The position numbers and the translations under genes were made by a program. Shown piece after piece: positions 57,651 through 64,000 of a DNA stretch of 64,000 nucleotides; within the stretch, counting starts at the first letter, position 1; every line of letters begins with the position of its first letter. The DNA comes from Owenia fusiformis (taxonomy: Eukaryota): positions 1,798,001 through 1,862,000 of the forward strand of contig CAIIXF020000001.1 in the NCBI GenBank assembly GCA_903813345.2, written 5' to 3'. The notes under the pieces were generated by a model that was not told where the DNA came from, did not search any database, and worked only from the letters and a program-made list of their open reading frames with translations.

Positions 57651-59448
57651 TTCCAATAGCCACTATGTCCCTTGTACTGACTTTTGCAATGTTTGAAACT
57701 TGAGTCGGAACTGAATTTTGCCATACTTTGCAAAATAAATGATTATTCAGCCAGCTATGACTCCCTGTGAATGAATGATATTCCATTGCAAAGAGGAGTA
57801 ATTTGGCTTTTCGGTACATTGAATGAAAGGATACAGTCAGAATTGGTTTTATGTATTCTTCCAATATTGCATCGGGCTCCGTACGCTGACTTTTGCGATG
57901 TTTATAACTTGGCCCCAAGCTAATTTTGGCCCACTTTGCAAATGGAATGATAACCCGCCCAACCATGACCAAATATCAATGAATGATATATCATTGTAAA
58001 GAGGAGACACATGGCTTCATGGTGTATTGAATGAAATCAATGCTGTAATCACTGGTTTTGTGCTTTTCAAGGATAACAATCTGTTTAGATCTTGATTAGA
58101 TCTTCATTAGATTAGATCATCTAAACTATAAAAAGTGTAAATTACAATAGTTAAGATTCAACCTCTGTAAATCATACCACGTGATTAACTCCTTTATTTT
58201 GCACTTAAATCTCCTGTTGTTACAGTTCTCAGTTTTGAATGGTATCCATAGTCTATGGGGATATACCTGAAATCCATCCATTTGAGACTCATATTTTTCA
58301 TAGATTTTTGGTATTTCATATTTTGGAAACCTTTTAAAACAAGTTCAGATTATAAGTCCTATACCACAAATACTTTGTGACATAAGAGATAGATGTAGGA
58401 AACCTATATGTAGATGAAGGAAGGGTTAGTTAAAGTTCTACAAAAATCAGTTCTTTCAAAGATATTTTAAAGGGCATTTTTTTCTTCGTGGCTATTTTGA
58501 TCAATATACTTTAATTTCAGGATTACTAGTACTACTGAGCTCTTGTATGGATTTTGTCATCATTTTTCATTGCATATCTAAGAGGTTATACATGTATTCT
58601 GTAAAATTATATAAAAACTACTTTTCATTTTGCTTCCCTAAGTACCTACTTTATGCTTATAGTCCATTTTCAGAAAAGCTATAACATAAATCATTCTAAG
58701 GTTGAATCACCAAGGATTTTGAAGGTTAAAAAATTCCCCTAAAGTAGTTGTCACATTAGCTGTGTGGGCTCGCCATTTGCCACCGATTGACTTATTTTTG
58801 GCATTGATTTTTGGAAATGTTTACATCTAAGTTCTAAAGTTGACACTCTTAAATATAAAATGGTAATTAAGATTTATTTAGTTTATGTCCAAATATCAAC
58901 AAAATTTTGTTTTCAGCTTTTTCACATGTTAGAAATCAAATGAAACCAGGAATACTCTTCCATTTAAATTTTGTAAATACTGATATGTATATTAGTCAAC
59001 ATATGTCAAAATAGCATAATTAAAGCATTACTATGTATTCATATGGATCTTTGACAGTGTATGGTAAATTATAAAATTAGATTTTAAAATACAAGATAAA
59101 GATCTCATGATTTTGACCCCTGTGAATGATAGTCAAAATACATGTAACATTTCCACATACTTTCATGTACAGTTCAATGGAAAAATATGAACAAGTCATG
59201 CACATTTTTACTCAATAAGATTGAAACAACTATGTTTGTTTCTTTTTTTGTTATTGTAATATTTTTATAATTGTGATAATGATAAACAATGACGTTCACA
59301 GTAGCTGCCCCAAAAGCTGAATAACTTTGCTAATTCTAACCCAATCTTGAATCTGTTGTCTCTCGAATGTTGCCTCTATCTTCCACTCATCAAATAAAGG
59401 TCAAAACTATGCACACATTCTGTCATTCGGCCTAAGTTCTAATATATA

Positions 59449-60497
59449 CAGGGTGATCAATAAATAAGGTAAAAGTATCTGGCATTTTGTAAATATTGGT
59501 CCAAACATCCTGAAATTTGGTCAGAATATACCTTGTACATTTCTAAATTAAAACATATAAATATATAACTTCTGCCATATGATTGGTTAATGTTATAGTT
59601 ACCATGGCAACTGGTGTCGGGGATACCCGGGGCAATTTCATTGCGTCAAATTTGAACAAAAAGTGATAAAAAGCACATCTTTTTCAAACTAAAAAGAAAT
59701 AAACGTGGGTGCCAGCATTTATTGAATTAATACTTTGTTTCCACTGTTACATATTTTCTTGCAAATTTGATGTTTGATGTCACAGAAAAGATTAATATAT
59801 AATGAAAACTGATGTGATCATAGAAAGTCTATGACACAGGTCAATGATGAAAAACAATACCCACAAAAGAGATTTGATGAGAGAAAAGAGGAAGAAGCTA
59901 AGACGCCTGCAAAACGTTTCACATTGCACTGGGATGATGCTCCGTTTCACAATGCTATTCATGCGATGCAAACCATTGAAGCACTGGGTTTCCCACTGTT
60001 AGGTCTTGTACTATACTGTCTTGACTTGTCCCCTTATGATTTTACTTTCATGGTGAGCTGAAGAGGGAGTTGAGGAAGTTTCTAATGGGAAGACTTGAAG
60101 TCAGCTATCTTGAAAATTTGCAGGCTATGGGAAAATGGATTTAAAAAGGTGTTCAAAGACTGAAGTAGAAGACATGAACTATATGTAAAAAACAGATGAT
60201 ATTAAGTAGAGTAGTGATGAAGTATAAAATAAGAATACGCTATGCCATTTCAATTGTGATTTGAAATATATTATCAAAAGTGCTTCAACTGAAAATTTAG
60301 TTTTTTGATAGTTGCCCCGGGTCTTCATGCTTTCTGTTGCTATAGCAACCATAACTTCAACCAATCACATCACTTTGATCTGTAACTTAATATATCAATT
60401 CAATAATGTTTGAACATTATTCTGTGCAAATTTCATTAGGATTGGGTAAAATCTGAAGAAATGCCAGATACTTTTACCTTATTTATTGATCACCCTG
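59449..60497 (+). mobile_element. Internally deleted mariner (DD34D) inserted in the right inner arm of the 7.1-kb element
   Basis: TA|CAGGGTGATCAATAAATAAGGTAAAAGTATCTGGCATTT ... AAATGCCAGATACTTTTACCTTATTTATTGATCACCCTG|TA. Remnant LHWDDAPFH...LYCLDLSPYDF has 34 residues between the catalytic aspartates. Confidence 0.9.
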
Positions 60498-62439
60498 TAT
60501 GTTGCTAAACTGGGATATTCTGAACAAAAATAGATTGATGACATCACAATTTATGCAAATTAGCTAATTTGCATAATTGAATATTGTAATCGTACAGGAA
60601 ATTTTATAAGGTTTAATTCGATACCAATATCATTTCTATAGACCAAATAATGACAAAGCTACAAACACTTTAAACGTCCATGGTAAGATGTCTGAATATA
60701 ATTGTCAAATAATGACATTCACAGTAGCTGCCTCGAAAGTTTAATAACTTTGGCAATACTGATCCAATTTTGAATCTGTTTTCACTTTTATGTTGCTTAA
60801 ACCTTTTGCTCATAGAATAAAAAGTCATAACATTGAAGAAATTCTACCGTACGGCTTCAGTTCTTAAAGATACATTGCTATACTTGAAAATTCTGAACGA
60901 AAAATAGATTTATGACGTCACAATTTATGCAAATGAGCTAATTTGCATAATTGAATATTGTTATTATATGGGAAATTTATTTAGGTTTAATTTGATACCA
61001 ATATCATATCTATAGACAAAATAATGACAAAGCTACAAATGATTTAAGATTCCAAGGTAAGATGTCTATAGATGCGTAACCATGGTAACGGAATGCTACA
61101 ATACAGAGCAACCAATGAGAGTTTGCAAGGGCATCCAGCAGAAGATTGAACCTCAATATGTTACCTTTCAGAAAAGTATGGATGCCATAAATTAACAGAG
61201 ACCGATACGTTGGGTACATTTTTTGAAACGATAGAGAGGCATGGGTCTCTAACTAATATACCAATCAGTAATATAACAGATTTTAATAATAAAAAGTGAG
61301 ATTTGTAAAATTAAATAAGATACGAAAAAATTGTCAGTTCCTTCCAGCATGTGGCATTATGAGAAAAACTATATGTGTATGTATATAAAAACTAACTGTT
61401 TATAAAAGGTCTGGTAGTCTTCCTAAACATGCTAAAATTCGATAAAAACGTGAAAAACTTGAGATGAGGCACATTGTATATAAAAGTCCTACAATCATAC
61501 ACCAGCAAAAAATCCAGTATTTTACAAAAGTCCATGTAAAAGTATAGGCACTAACTTCAGGTCAAAAAAAAAACAGACATAGACCACTACTGACATCTTT
61601 CTGTCAACATAGTCCCTTAAGTGTAAAAGGTTGTTATAGTTGTTTTTATCATTCTGATATTCATCACATTTTTCTGTTTTCAAGTTATAAATCCTATTCA
61701 GACTAACAAAAGGATATGATCTATTACTATCTATCCCTAAACTCTACCCTTAGCAAAAACTCCATAAGTGGGCAAATGTTGAGAAAATAGTATGGAAGAG
61801 GATATTATAATATAACACTTCTAGTTACAATCATGTAATTATAGAAACTCTTGATCACTATATAGCCTACTGATACTTTCCATATATTGCGACTTTGGGG
61901 TCTGATGGTTAACCAGAACTGGGAGCTCTGTCATTCAAACAGGAAATTTTTTTGTATTTCATATCACAGCAGAATAAAATAGTGTGAAAAGAACCAAGAA
62001 TAACAAACCAAAAACTGAACCAAGGGAGTCAAAAACAAACCCTAAAATTTTGAAACTGTCAGACCCCTAATTGCAACCAATTTGATGCATAAAGCATTTG
62101 GCGTAATAAAGTAAGTGACTCATTTCAGTACCTCAGGTTTAAACCTTATAACTCTGTGGGGGGAAATGCCTGGGACACAATGCTACTTAAAAGAAAAATC
62201 AGATACATCTTAGGCAAAGGGGTATAATGTCAACTCCATCTCATTTCAATTTGGGGTAACTTCGACGTATGGGGTAACTTCAACACCTAGTTGTTTATTG
62301 GCACTAATTTCCAATCTAGGTCACCGTAAAACCTATGTTGTTTCCCCATTTTTTTCTCACATGGATCAAGAATAAAGATCTCATGAGATTTTGATTTGAT
62401 TGATTTGAAATTGATTTTTTGAAAAATATTTTTTTTGTA

Positions 62440-63460
62440 CTTTTTTTCATCGTCTCATACACTTTTAAAGTGCCCAGTAAGCACCAAATAGCATCTTAAA
62501 ATTGTAAGAATTTCTAGAGGTAGTGGGCCACCCCTCACACCCCCTCAATACAATAGAAAAGTTCTGAATTTATTTTATGTATTGTCTCAGACACTTTTAA
62601 AGTGCCCAGGTGCCCAGACATCATCACATAGCTCCTTGATATAGTCAGTGTTTCTGGGGACTAACTCTTGCTCCTCTTCGGATCCCCACCCCACCTCCCC
62701 CTTTGATACCCCCGCCTCCCTTGACACCCGTCCAAAAAATAGAAAAAATTGTGATTTTCTCAATTTTTTAATTGACTCATACCCTTTGAAAGTGCCCAGA
62801 AGTACCAAACATCATCTTAAAATTGTAAAATTTTCTAGAAGAGTTGGCCACCTCTCACATCCCCCACAAAACAATTGAGAAAATTCTGAATTTCATGTTT
62901 TGTCTCAGACATTTTTAAAGTGCCCAGACATCATCAAATGGCACCTTGATATGGCCAATGTTTCTTGGAGACAACCCCTCTGGCACCCCACCCTACTTCA
63001 CCCTCTCATTCTCTTTGACACCCCCAAAATTATTGACTCATTCACTTTAAATGTGCCCAGAAAGCACCAAATAGCATCTCAAAAGTGCAAAATTTTCTAG
63101 GGGGAGTGGGTCACTCCTCACAAGTTTGGAAGTTGCATTTGTTAATCTTAAACACTTTGAAAGTGCCTAGAAGTCACCAAGTGACATAATAAAATCATAA
63201 AAACATAAACATTTCTGGCAGCCCACCCCAAAAACTAAAGCATTCATTTACTCAAACACATTAAAAGTGCTCAGAATTAACCAGACAGCATCTTGAATTA
63301 GTAAAATTTTCCTTGCTGCTCCCTCGCTTTCCTAAGAAGAAAATGATTGAAAAAGTCTGAATTTCGTATAAATTGATTCTATTTCAATTAAAACACCTTG
63401 AAAGGGTCCAGAAATCACTGAATGTGATCTTGAACTGGTAAGTACACCCTCCCCCTATTC
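62440..63460 (+). repeat. Degenerate direct-repeat array, probably internal repeats of a hAT-like non-autonomous element
   Basis: The motif AAAGTGCCCAG(A)A..ACCAAA..GCATCTTAAAATTGTAAAATTTTCTAG recurs, whole or in part, about 7-8 times. Confidence 0.7.
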
Positions 63461-63840
63461 CAGTGTTTCGCCAAATTGGTCATACAATATTTAGTCTAAA
63501 AACAATATGAAAACAATAAAATACTACAAAATAGGCTGAGTGGCCCAATATAGGGAGTAACCTACCACCCCTTTGACTTACGCAATTTGATTTACTTGGC
63601 AAAAAAATTGACAATTTTATTTTCTCTTTAGTTAAAACCGCACCCCCTTGGAGAAAAGTGTCTTACGGGCCTGAGAAGTATCATACTTTTATTTATTTGG
63701 TCAGACTTTTTCCGATGTACATTGCGATGTGCATCGATGTTTACTATTGAAAATTGCCCATGCATGCATCGATGTACGATTATGGCACATCGCGACAACA
63801 CTAGAGGTGTCACGGTCCAAAAACATTTTGGTACGGTATA

Positions 63841-64000
63841 CAGGCTCGTAGCCAGGATTTGCCAAGGGGGGTTCAGTTTTCAAAAATTTCCAGGGGGGTT
63901 CACATTTGACAATTTTGGCCCAAATATGGCTAAAATCACTTGAGAAGTGCTCAAAATGGTGGAAAATTGCATGATTTTGAAAGTAATTTTGGCCAGGGGG
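63841..64000 (+). mobile_element. Probable left end of a hAT-like MITE, truncated by the window end
   Basis: CAGGCTCGTAGCCAGGATTT...GGGGGGTTC start. The partner TIR is not visible. Confidence 0.45.

Larger units (their letters stand above)
54182..61249. mobile_element. 7.1-kb non-autonomous long-TIR DNA element (TA flanks) with nested Tc1/mariner elements; superfamily unassigned
   Basis: TA|GAGACCCATGCCTCTCTATCGTTTCAAAAAATGTACCC ... GGGTACATTTTTTGAAACGATAGAGAGGCATGGGTCTC|TA. About 490 bp are nearly identical (mirror ORFs 54212+ and 61219-), extending degenerately to about 55300 / 59100, with internal tandem subrepeats. Confidence 0.92.

Noticed and set aside
54212-61219. Duplicated 69-aa gene pair (54212+ and 61219-)
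   Set aside because: These are chance ORFs mirrored in the TIRs, with no recognisable protein motif.

Overview
AT-rich, repeat-rich animal genomic DNA, probably a marine invertebrate (lophotrochozoan-like; inferred from gene structure and transposon content, species not determinable). Four host genes can be assembled by eye. COX6C (minus strand) lies head-to-head with a 10-coding-exon TGS1 (plus strand) that has a clear U12-type minor intron. An aveugle/SAMD12-like SAM-domain gene (minus strand, two candidate alternative first coding exons) stops only 111 nt upstream of an intronless CIAO3/NARFL ORF on the same strand. This tight pair, with AATAAA over the upstream stop and a splice-acceptor-like site just before the downstream ATG, is the most unusual feature: it could be an operon-like, dicistronic or retrogene-capture arrangement. 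The rest is mobile DNA: an apparently intact LINE with an esterase-type ORF1 (running off the window start), a 5'-truncated LINE in TGS1, two 7-8.4 kb long-TIR elements with nested Academ and Tc1/mariner insertions, many MITEs, a tRNA-derived SINE and a 19-bp minisatellite. All exon structures are manual predictions without transcript evidence.
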